From Chlamydiota bacterium (GTDB lineage: Bacteria; Chlamydiota; Chlamydiia; Chlamydiales; SM23-39), in assembly GCA_050049995.1 (NCBI GenBank), contig JASFVE010000062.1, forward strand, positions 1 through 11,727: a stretch of DNA of 11,727 bases, in the 5' to 3' direction. The notes under the pieces are model-generated. The model saw only the letters and a program-made list of their open reading frames with translations. It searched no databases and was not told where the DNA came from. The translations under genes and the position numbers were made by a program. This document shows, piece after piece, positions 1-7,545 of this stretch. Position 1 is the stretch's first letter. Every line of letters starts with the position of its first letter.

Positions 1-54
1 TTTATTGCTGTAACATTTTTATCCATTTAAAAAGCTCAAACAATAGGTTGTTAT

Positions 55-687
55 ATGTCTAGTTCAGTACAAGTAAACCTTTTAAAAAGTTTTAAAGAAA
101 GTTTTCCTACAACAGCTTTTTGCTTTACAGGTAAAACTACAGCAGAAAAAACAGCGAAAGTGGCTATGGATTCTTTATCCCTTTTTTTAGTTCCACTAGT
201 CTGTTTCATAATTGACATTTGTGCAAATACCAAAGCTTTTTTGTTTCCTAAAGCTGAAGCTGTAACTGAAAAAGAAAAACCAACTAAACCTAAACCTCCT
301 AAACCTCCTAAACCGAAACCTAAAGAGGAGAGTAAGAAAGCACCAGCTTTTGATTCTATGCATCCTCTTTTAACACAAGGGGCTAACTGGATTAATAAAA
401 GCTATAATATTCATGTAACCCCCAAAATTCAGAGTGTTACCTCTAAAGTCTCACCTGAAACAAAAAAAGCAGTAAAAGAAGTAACAAAAGCTGTAGCAAC
501 AACTGCCTACAAAATTCTTTCTAAACCTTCAGTGTCCATTCCTCTTTCTTGTGGAATTGTAACTTATTATTTTAGTGGTTCTACATCATGGTCCATGGCG
601 GTTACTGCATCTGTAGCTTTAGGGATACAACATAGAATGCATGAAATTAGAAAAGAAAATCAAAAAGCATTAGACAGTAGTAAATAA
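55..687 (+). CDS. Hypothetical membrane-associated protein with a Lys/Pro-rich repeat (candidate effector or Inc-like protein)
   Basis: 210-aa ORF with an ATG start that fills the space up to the convergent ptr gene. It has a Ser-rich N-terminus (MSSSVQVN), a hydrophobic stretch at aa ~41-57, KPTKPKPPKPPKPKPK at aa 75-90, and two short hydrophobic lobes at aa ~160-191. No family recognised. Confidence 0.75.
   Translation: MSSSVQVNLLKSFKESFPTTAFCFTGKTTAEKTAKVAMDSLSLFLVPLVCFIIDICANTKAFLFPKAEAVTEKEKPTKPKPPKPPKPKPKEESKKAPAFDSMHPLLTQGANWINKSYNIHVTPKIQSVTSKVSPETKKAVKEVTKAVATTAYKILSKPSVSIPLSCGIVTYYFSGSTSWSMAVTASVALGIQHRMHEIRKENQKALDSSK
277..324 (+). repeat. Low-complexity coding repeat (AAACCT / AAACCTCCT units) encoding KPTKPKPPKPPKPKPK
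   Basis: Read directly: aaa cca act aaa cct aaa cct cct aaa cct cct aaa ccg aaa cct aaa. AAACCTCCT is exactly duplicated at 292-300 and 301-309. Confidence 0.85.
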
Positions 688-770
688 TTTTTTTTTAAGA
701 GTGTAGGAAAAGATTCCAAGCTTTTAAAAGACCTTGAAAATACAATGCACAATCGCACATAAATAAAAAA

Positions 771-3695
771 TTACTGAAAGCAATTGTCGGCGCCATATGA
801 GTTGGCGTCGCTATCTAAAACTAATTCATCATTTTCTTCTGCAGACGTGTACTCCCCAATGTCGACAAGTTTGTTCGCATTGACATCTTCATAAATAAAA
901 GCATCATCTGGCTGTTTACCTTTCATTAAAACGCCCAATCGTTTTCTGTTGTTTTTAGATAGGACTTTTGTGGCAAATGCTTGAAACTCTTTATAGGTTA
1001 GCTCCTGGAGTCCATGAATCCTTTTCTCTATCCACTGGAGGTCTTGATATTCAAAAGCCAATTTATCTAAAGTGGAAGCCTTTATGCTTAAGTTTTTCAT
1101 GGAATTTTGAAGTTTAATAATTTTGTTTTGTCGAATGTTTTCAAATCGCTCAGGTGAGACCTCTTCTGGAAGCTGATGAATAAATGTTTCTAAAAATAGT
1201 TCATAGCGATACAAGAGGTCTTGAGGTTCATGAGTGGATGATTGCACCGCAAAGTTTAAAAATAGTCTTTTATCTTTTTCTAAAGGAAAAGCAGAAACTA
1301 TGTAACCTGTTTTTTGCTTGGTCCTTAGTTCATTGAAAAAAGAGTCTTGAATAACAGAGGACAATATCTCTTGAGAAGCTCTATTTTTAAAAGAAAACGA
1401 ACCTAAGTCAATGGCAAGAATCACACCTGTGCCACTGCTTTCAGTAGAGTATTGCATTTTATAGGGGCCACTATCTGAATTTAAGGTGTATATTTTCCTT
1501 TCTTGCTGGCTGTTTTTATTATAAGACTGGTATCCGATGAGGTGCCTTACATCAGTCCAAATATCTTCGGCTTCCTTTATAGTCAAGTTACCAGCTAAAA
1601 AACCTTCAATAAAAGTTTTTCTGAAAATCCGATTTTGGAACTCCAGATAATCGTCATAAGTAATTTGAGAAAGAGCTTTTAGATGCTCTTGAGGAGTTTT
1701 TTGGTCTGAAAGAAGTATTGAGGACAAGATTCCCATAGCTTGCTTTATGGGCAGCTCCTTATCTGCGTTGGCGTATTTTTTCTCCAAAAGATCTTTAAAC
1801 TGTAAAAATGTTTCTTTACTAGGATAAGTGTGGGTAATTTCTTTTAGTATCTCCTCAATTAGCAAGGGAGCTTTTTCACTAAACCCTTCGATATTGATAT
1901 TAAAGCGATTGCGGTCGACAGAAAAATTTGCTGATAAATTTGCTGACTGAGCACTTGTAAGAATAGGGTCGAGTATTTGATTAATATGTTCTAAGAAAAT
2001 ATCAGCTAAAGTAAGTGACTTTGTATCCTCTTTCAAATAAGGAGATAAGATGTGAAGATGAATCGATACTTCGGGTGTCAGAAATTTATCATCTTGCATT
2101 AAATAAATGCGTCCCATTTGATCATCTACTAAAATAAAAGGGCCAGTTTTTTCAAGAGTAATAAGTTGCAAGTTTGTTGGCATAAAAGGATTAGGAGGAG
2201 CTATTCGAAGTTCATTAGAAACTTTTTTAGGTCTTATTTTAGTCAGTTGCTTTGAACTTAGCTCTTTCGTTGTGTAATTTGCCTGCATCCATTTTTCTTT
2301 TTTATCTAGCAAGACACTATAATTTTTAGGATCAGACAAAATATAAATTTGAGCATTGTTCAAAGATAAAAATTGCAAGATCTTCTGAACTTTCTCAGGG
2401 CTATTTTGAGAGGCTAATATTGTATTTTGTGGAAAAGTAGATAATGGCTCATCAATCATGTGGTGAGCATATGATCTGACAAAACTAAAAGCATCTTCTC
2501 TTTGTTGATACATATATTCCAAGGATGCCATTTTCTGCATTTCATCAAACAGGTAAGAAGGAATACCTCCTTTTTTAAGCTGCTCAATACTTTCAAAGCT
2601 AAGCTGTAAAACAGATTCAACTTCAGAAAGCCCTTTTTCAGTAAGGTCTATTTCAATTTGGAATAATAGGTGATGAGTTCCTACTTTCTCAGCAAAGACA
2701 TCAAGTTTTTCTATTAATCCTTTTTTTACTAAAACTTGTTCTAAACTATTTTTCTGTCCTCGTCTTAAAGCATAGGCAATTAATTTAGCAGATTTTGAAT
2801 CATCCGAAGCAAATTCTTTAGGAAGCTCAAACTCAATAAGTACTTGGTTAATTTTTTTTATAGGCTTGACGTAAGTAATTGTTTTTTTCGTTTCAGCAGA
2901 AGTAAGAGGTTGATCTATATAAAGACGGTCAAGTGCTCTATTGGGAATAGGAGAAAACTTTTCTGCGACTAAAGTTTTTAGCTCATCCATAGGTTTTGAA
3001 GAATATACAACAAGGTGCATAAGGTTGGCGCTATAATTATTCTCGAACCAATTACGCATGGTTTTCTCAGGTATTTTGGATAAAGTTTTAGAGTTGCCGG
3101 TGGAAAACTTTGCATTAGGGTGGTTTTGATTGCCGATTTCTTTAGAAATCATGTAAAGGCGCCAATGGTCATTCTCAATATTTTTTTCATGCTCCTGATC
3201 AACAACAAAAAGTTCTTTATTCACAGCTTTTTGTGAAAACAAAGGATCAATAAAAAAATGAGAGAAACGGTCTAGGGCACCTGTCAGAGCATCATTATTG
3301 ATAGAAAACATATAAACTGTTCTATCAGAGGAAGTATAAGCATTTACAGAACCCGCATGGTCACTGACAAAGTTGAAAAATTCATTTTCATCAGGATAGG
3401 CTTTATTCCCCATGAAAAGCATATGTTCTAAGAAATGGGCCATGCCAGGGAAATTTTTAGGATCATTCCAAGATCCTGCATTGACAGCAAGCGCAGCAGC
3501 TGACTGATCTGTGTCTGGATCGGACACAAGGTAAACACTAAGGCCATTAACAAGTCTTATTTTTTCAATTTTCCGATTCTTTAGTGAAGGAGTTGCAATG
3601 TTTAAGTTAGACCGATCCATCACTTGAACATAATCTGGTGATCCTGCACATAATGAGAGTACAGCGGTAAGGATAACTAGGAGCTTTTTAATCAT
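771..3695 (-). CDS. ptr: Insulinase/pitrilysin family (M16A) zinc metalloprotease, Ptr-like, with a signal peptide
   Basis: 974 aa. Inverted zincin motif HFLEH in GMAHFLEHMLFMG (3423-3437), NAYT motif, distal Glu region VDQEH, and C-terminal FNELRTKQKTGY. The N-terminus MIKKLLVILTAVLSLCAG looks like a signal peptide. The ATG overlaps the plsB stop (ATGA). Confidence 0.93.
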   Translation of the reverse strand: MIKKLLVILTAVLSLCAGSPDYVQVMDRSNLNIATPSLKNRKIEKIRLVNGLSVYLVSDPDTDQSAAALAVNAGSWNDPKNFPGMAHFLEHMLFMGNKAYPDENEFFNFVSDHAGSVNAYTSSDRTVYMFSINNDALTGALDRFSHFFIDPLFSQKAVNKELFVVDQEHEKNIENDHWRLYMISKEIGNQNHPNAKFSTGNSKTLSKIPEKTMRNWFENNYSANLMHLVVYSSKPMDELKTLVAEKFSPIPNRALDRLYIDQPLTSAETKKTITYVKPIKKINQVLIEFELPKEFASDDSKSAKLIAYALRRGQKNSLEQVLVKKGLIEKLDVFAEKVGTHHLLFQIEIDLTEKGLSEVESVLQLSFESIEQLKKGGIPSYLFDEMQKMASLEYMYQQREDAFSFVRSYAHHMIDEPLSTFPQNTILASQNSPEKVQKILQFLSLNNAQIYILSDPKNYSVLLDKKEKWMQANYTTKELSSKQLTKIRPKKVSNELRIAPPNPFMPTNLQLITLEKTGPFILVDDQMGRIYLMQDDKFLTPEVSIHLHILSPYLKEDTKSLTLADIFLEHINQILDPILTSAQSANLSANFSVDRNRFNINIEGFSEKAPLLIEEILKEITHTYPSKETFLQFKDLLEKKYANADKELPIKQAMGILSSILLSDQKTPQEHLKALSQITYDDYLEFQNRIFRKTFIEGFLAGNLTIKEAEDIWTDVRHLIGYQSYNKNSQQERKIYTLNSDSGPYKMQYSTESSGTGVILAIDLGSFSFKNRASQEILSSVIQDSFFNELRTKQKTGYIVSAFPLEKDKRLFLNFAVQSSTHEPQDLLYRYELFLETFIHQLPEEVSPERFENIRQNKIIKLQNSMKNLSIKASTLDKLAFEYQDLQWIEKRIHGLQELTYKEFQAFATKVLSKNNRKRLGVLMKGKQPDDAFIYEDVNANKLVDIGEYTSAEENDELVLDSDANSYGADNCFQ

Positions 3696-4711
3696 GAAAG
3701 GCCTCCGATCTCAAGTAACTTTTGATAGTTTTGTTGTACTAGATGATAGATATATTCAGAACGTTTTTTTCTTTTTTCACTTTTTTCTACACTGTCGGAT
3801 CCAGGATATTCATTCATATTTATTTCATTGCCAAATGCTAAATGGATGGGGCAATGTTTTGTAGAACGTTCTTCACCTAGTTCTTGCTGGACTGATTTTG
3901 GTGGAGGTAAAAGCTCGTAAGTTAATAAAGACAGGGGATAAAAATGAGTTGGTTTTTTAGATTTTTTAGCCATTAGTAAAAACATTTCAATGCTTTGAGG
4001 GTCAAACGGAGCTAGCTCAATTTCTCCTTGATCGTTTCTTCTATCTCTTCCTCCGCTAGGAGCAACATAGATAGCTTTGCCACCCTCTTTTAGTAAATCA
4101 CTCATGAGCTGCATTGTTTTTTGGTTATGGATTTGTTTTTTTTCCTTAAGCTCAGGGGGAGTGTCGATATATCTTTTAGAAAAGATACAGAGTAAGTTTC
4201 TTCCCATACTAAAGGGAATAGCCAAAGGGTCTGTAACTACCCGGTCTCCCGCTACAAAAATCATTTCTTCTGCAAATTGAGGATAGGTGTCCTCTAATAA
4301 CAAACTGATTGCTTGAGGGTCTGTTTCAGTTTGGTGGTTTGCTAGTAAGATTACATTTTCCTTTGCAGCTAATTGCTCTACCATTTTACCAATATTGTTC
4401 CTACCCAATACATAAGAGTCTTCGATATCAACTAGTGGGCGAATAAACTCTACTCCAAATTGATAATAGTCGTAGGGCTTTCTGATCCTTTCATGGTAGG
4501 GCTGAAACTGAAAAGGTTCTTTAAACTGATGTACTACTAGAGGCAGAAACTCTCGAAATATTTTTTCATGCGCCGTAGTGTCAGCTTCTGCATTTTTATA
4601 ACAAAGATAAAAACTTTTAAGGATATTAAAATACCGATCGGTAATAATTTTTTTTGTTTTTAATTCCTTTAGTTTTTCAATAAAGGGGTCATTAGATTTC
4701 GAGCTTTTCAT
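3692..4711 (-). CDS. plsB: Glycerol-3-phosphate acyltransferase, soluble plastid/chlamydial type
   Basis: 339 aa. HX4D catalytic motif NHQTETDP, plus VAGDRV, PFSMGRNLLC and IYVAPSGGRDR, all characteristic of plastid-type GPAT (ATS1-like). No transmembrane segment is evident. Confidence 0.92.
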   Translation of the reverse strand: MKSSKSNDPFIEKLKELKTKKIITDRYFNILKSFYLCYKNAEADTTAHEKIFREFLPLVVHQFKEPFQFQPYHERIRKPYDYYQFGVEFIRPLVDIEDSYVLGRNNIGKMVEQLAAKENVILLANHQTETDPQAISLLLEDTYPQFAEEMIFVAGDRVVTDPLAIPFSMGRNLLCIFSKRYIDTPPELKEKKQIHNQKTMQLMSDLLKEGGKAIYVAPSGGRDRRNDQGEIELAPFDPQSIEMFLLMAKKSKKPTHFYPLSLLTYELLPPPKSVQQELGEERSTKHCPIHLAFGNEINMNEYPGSDSVEKSEKRKKRSEYIYHLVQQNYQKLLEIGGLS

Positions 4712-6233
4712 GATTTAAAGTGGAGTAAAATTCAAAGTCATTTAAATGCAAGGAATCATCACTGTCAAAAGATAGCTTAGCATTTAATTTGCTAGCCATA
4801 TTTACTAGAAATTCCTTGTCTTGTTCTTTTAAAAAACTATCAAGAGATGGATGAGTAACCAACTTCAAAGCATATTGATTAGAAACATTAATCAGTTTTT
4901 TTAATCCTCGCTCTATTTCAATAGAAACACTTTCATGATTTTTTATGACAGCACTTCCATGACAGTAAGGACAGGAAGTAAACATTGTTTGAGATAATGA
5001 TTCTCTTGATCTCTGTCTAGTCATTTCTATTAGACCAAATTCACTCATCCCTAAAATTGTGCATTTAGCTGTGTCTTCTTTCATGCTTTCTTTCAGCTTT
5101 TCTAAGACTCTTCTTTGATTTTTTCGATAACGCATATCAATAAAATCGCAAACAACAAGACCTCCTACATTTCTAAGTCTTAGCTGTCTTGCAATTTCTT
5201 CAGCAGCTTCTAAGTTAATTCGAACAAGCGTTTCTTCAACATCTGTACCAACATTTGATTGGGATCTTCCTGAGTTTACATCGATAGTGAACATCGCTTC
5301 CGTTTTATCAAAAAATAAATAGCCACCAGAGGGGAGCCAAACTTTTCGCTTTAACGCTCTATCAATTTCTCTTTCTACATTAAATCTTTCAAACATAGGG
5401 ACTTTATCCCGATAAAACTCAATTTTTAACGGGTGCTCCTCTTCGTATTTTTGATAAAGTCTTTTACATTTTTGATAAGTTTGATAATCGTCGACCAAAA
5501 GGCGATCTACTTTTTTGTCCACAGCTGTAAGAATAGCTTTTTTGATAATATCCGATTCTTCGTAAAGGCACATAGGGCCTGTTGCACTATGGAAATTCTC
5601 TACGATTTTTTCCCAGGTGTGTAAGAGTTCTTTCGCTTCATCAATTAACATATCTTGACTTGCAAAAGCGCTGGCTGTACGGCAGATAAGGCCCATATTT
5701 TGAGGCATTTCAAATGCTTTAATAAGTTTTTTTAACTTATCTCTCATAGAGCGGTCTTCTATTTTTCTGGAAACACCCCTATGAGGGTTGTTTGGAAGCA
5801 ATACTAAATATCTGCCAGCAATAGATAAATTAGATGTAAGCCTTGCTCCTTTAGTTCCAATAGGCTCTTTTACTACTTGCACTAAGACAGGCTGATCCAT
5901 TTTTAAGAGCTGAGTGATGTCTTCAGACTCTTTTTTTTCTTCTTCGATGGCGCTGATGTCATAGTCTAAGTCAAAGTCCATATCAAAAAGTTCTTCGAAC
6001 TTTTTGGTATTTTCCATGATATCACTAATATGAATAAACCCGTTTTCCCCTTCATTAATATCAATGAAAGCAGATTGGATATTATGTAAAATATTAGTAA
6101 CTCTACCTCTATAAATGTTTCCGGTAATTTGCCTAGATCGTTTTCTTTCAATGATCAGGTGGTGTAACTTACCGAACTTTAAGAGGCTATAGCGTATTTC
6201 TTTTGATTCTACGTTAAGTAGGATTTCTTGCAT
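4692..6233 (-). CDS. rng: Ribonuclease E/G family endoribonuclease (RNase G-length, CafA-like)
   Basis: S1 domain (GNIYRGRV...AFIDI...GFIH), 5'-sensor LICRTA, catalytic IDVNSG and DFIDM, and Zn-link CPYCHG. I moved the start from the TTG at 6275 to the ATG at 6233 (MQEILLN), which has GGAG 5 nt upstream; this gives 513 aa. The 3' end overlaps plsB by 20 nt. Confidence 0.93.
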   Translation of the reverse strand: MQEILLNVESKEIRYSLLKFGKLHHLIIERKRSRQITGNIYRGRVTNILHNIQSAFIDINEGENGFIHISDIMENTKKFEELFDMDFDLDYDISAIEEEKKESEDITQLLKMDQPVLVQVVKEPIGTKGARLTSNLSIAGRYLVLLPNNPHRGVSRKIEDRSMRDKLKKLIKAFEMPQNMGLICRTASAFASQDMLIDEAKELLHTWEKIVENFHSATGPMCLYEESDIIKKAILTAVDKKVDRLLVDDYQTYQKCKRLYQKYEEEHPLKIEFYRDKVPMFERFNVEREIDRALKRKVWLPSGGYLFFDKTEAMFTIDVNSGRSQSNVGTDVEETLVRINLEAAEEIARQLRLRNVGGLVVCDFIDMRYRKNQRRVLEKLKESMKEDTAKCTILGMSEFGLIEMTRQRSRESLSQTMFTSCPYCHGSAVIKNHESVSIEIERGLKKLINVSNQYALKLVTHPSLDSFLKEQDKEFLVNMASKLNAKLSFDSDDSLHLNDFEFYSTLNHEKLEI

Positions 6234-6303
6234 GATTTCTCCGTTTAGTTCACTCTTTAAGTTATTAATATTCAACTTAAAAAGAATTTCCTTCGAAGAA
6301 GTG

Positions 6304-6332
6304 ATTATAAAGGAAAAATTGATCTTTTTCCA
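6304..6332 (-). promoter_or_regulatory. Putative sigma70/sigma66 promoter for rng-plsB-ptr
   Basis: Perfect TATAAT on the minus strand (6309-6304), with TGGAAA (4/6 match to TTGACA) 17 nt upstream (6332-6327). It lies in the largest intergenic gap of the run. Confidence 0.5.
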
Positions 6333-6428
6333 GAAAAAAGAAGTTTATGAATAGTATTAAAACTTTTAGTGACTTTTGTTTAGATGCTTAAAGGAGGATA
6401 GGTAGATTTGTAATAGAATCTTTTAAGA

Positions 6429-7379
6429 TTATTGTAACAAAAGCTTATTTTGAATGATGCCATCAATTCCTTTGACGAATGCGTCAGGCGAAGAGTAGCC
6501 ATGACATTTGACAACAAGTCCATTAACACCACATAAAATAGCGCCAGGATACTCCGTATAGTGAAGATGCTTTTGAAGATCATTGAGGTGAGACTGTAAA
6601 TTGTTGAAAACATCTTTAGAGATGTTTTCTTGGAGTCTGTCTAAAATCAATGAAGCTATTCCTTCAGCTGTTTTTAAAAAGACATTACCTGTAAAACCAT
6701 CTGTGATTAATACATCAACCCCGCCTTGAAAAACTTCTTTTCCTTCGATGTTTCCTACAAATGTAAAGTGATGAGTTTCATCTAGTTTTGAAAGCATAAC
6801 AAAGGCTTCTTGTAAAAGGGATGTCCCTTTAAGTTTTTCTTCACCAATGTTTAATAGGCCAACTCTTGGTCTTTTGATTCCCTTCTCTTTGAGGTAGGCA
6901 ACCCCCATTTGAGCAAACTGCATTAAATGAATTGGTTTTAATTCAATGTTTGCTCCCACATCTAAAACTGTTAAAGGTCCTTCTTTTGTAGGTACCGTAG
7001 CTAAAAGAGCCGGTCTTAAAATAGATGGCTCCATCCCTAAGATTGTTTTAGCTGCAGTTACTAAAGCACCTGTGTTGCCAGCAGAGATAAAAGCATCAAT
7101 GTTATTTGATTTTAAATGATGCATCCCTATGCAAATAGAAGAATCTTTTTTGCGTCTTATTGCAAGCAGAGGGTTTTCATTCATTTCTATTGATTGCTTA
7201 GCAATAATAAAATGAATGTTGGGAGCGCTAGGTAATTTCTTTTCAAGCTGTTCTTTTGCAAATAGATAAAAATGGGTAGATGTTCTTAATGATGCAAATT
7301 CACAAACTGCATCTAAAAGAGTTTCAGGGGAGTTGTCACTCCCCATTAAGTCTACACCAATTCTAAGAGGCAGATTCAT
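6429..7379 (-). CDS. plsX: Phosphate acyltransferase PlsX
   Basis: 316 aa with the motifs IGVDLMGSD, ISAGNTGA, RPAL, LDVGAN, GLLNIGEE..KG, FVGNIEG, TDGFTGNVFLKTAEG and VVKCHG. It sits in the canonical yceD-rpmF-plsX order. Confidence 0.96.
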   Translation of the reverse strand: MNLPLRIGVDLMGSDNSPETLLDAVCEFASLRTSTHFYLFAKEQLEKKLPSAPNIHFIIAKQSIEMNENPLLAIRRKKDSSICIGMHHLKSNNIDAFISAGNTGALVTAAKTILGMEPSILRPALLATVPTKEGPLTVLDVGANIELKPIHLMQFAQMGVAYLKEKGIKRPRVGLLNIGEEKLKGTSLLQEAFVMLSKLDETHHFTFVGNIEGKEVFQGGVDVLITDGFTGNVFLKTAEGIASLILDRLQENISKDVFNNLQSHLNDLQKHLHYTEYPGAILCGVNGLVVKCHGYSSPDAFVKGIDGIIQNKLLLQ

Positions 7380-7542
7380 AAATTTGACGATTTGCGTAGT
7401 GACCGCAATGTGGGCAAATTCTATGTGCTAATTTAGGCTTTTGGCAATTATTGCAATTGCTTGTGCTTTTTGGCTTCTTTGCATGGTGAGCTCTACGCGA
7501 GTTTTTTCGAGCATTAGAAACTCGAGAACGTGGTACTGCCAT
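7363..7542 (-). CDS. rpmF: 50S ribosomal protein L32 (zinc-ribbon, C+ type)
   Basis: Hand translation, not in the ORF track: MAVPRSRVSNARKNSRRAHHAKKPKSTSNCNNCQKPKLAHRICPHCGHYANRQIYESAS* (59 aa). It has the MAVP start, CxxC...CxxC and an AAGGAG Shine-Dalgarno, and overlaps the plsX start by 17 nt. Confidence 0.97.
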   Translation of the reverse strand: MAVPRSRVSNARKNSRRAHHAKKPKSTSNCNNCQKPKLAHRICPHCGHYANRQIYESAS

Positions 7543-7545
7543 GAC

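Noticed and set aside
51..233. 60-aa minus-strand ORF
   Set aside because: Antisense shadow of the longer 55-687 ORF, with no recognisable motif.
717..736. CAAG-CTTTTAAAAG-AC-CTTG palindrome in the convergent gap as a bidirectional terminator
   Set aside because: Weak AT-rich stem with a bulge, no proper loop and no adjacent U-tract. It cannot be supported as a terminator.
4077..4280. 67-aa plus-strand ORF
   Set aside because: Lies antisense within the conserved GPAT gene; shadow ORF.
5433..5624. 63-aa plus-strand hydrophobic ORF
   Set aside because: Antisense to rng. The Phe/Leu richness simply reflects the complement of Lys/Glu codons.
5966..6151. 61-aa alternate-frame ORF inside rng
   Set aside because: Nested in the conserved S1 domain. 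The main frame is intact, so there is no need to invoke a frameshift.
6234..6275. 14-codon N-terminal extension of rng from the TTG at 6275
   Set aside because: The ATG at 6233 has a GGAG SD and matches the expected family start. The TTG is buried in a stem and has no SD.
6380..6613. 77-aa alternate-frame ORF overlapping the plsX 3' end
   Set aside because: plsX is complete in its own frame through the KCHG motif and final helix. The ORF has no recognisable motif.
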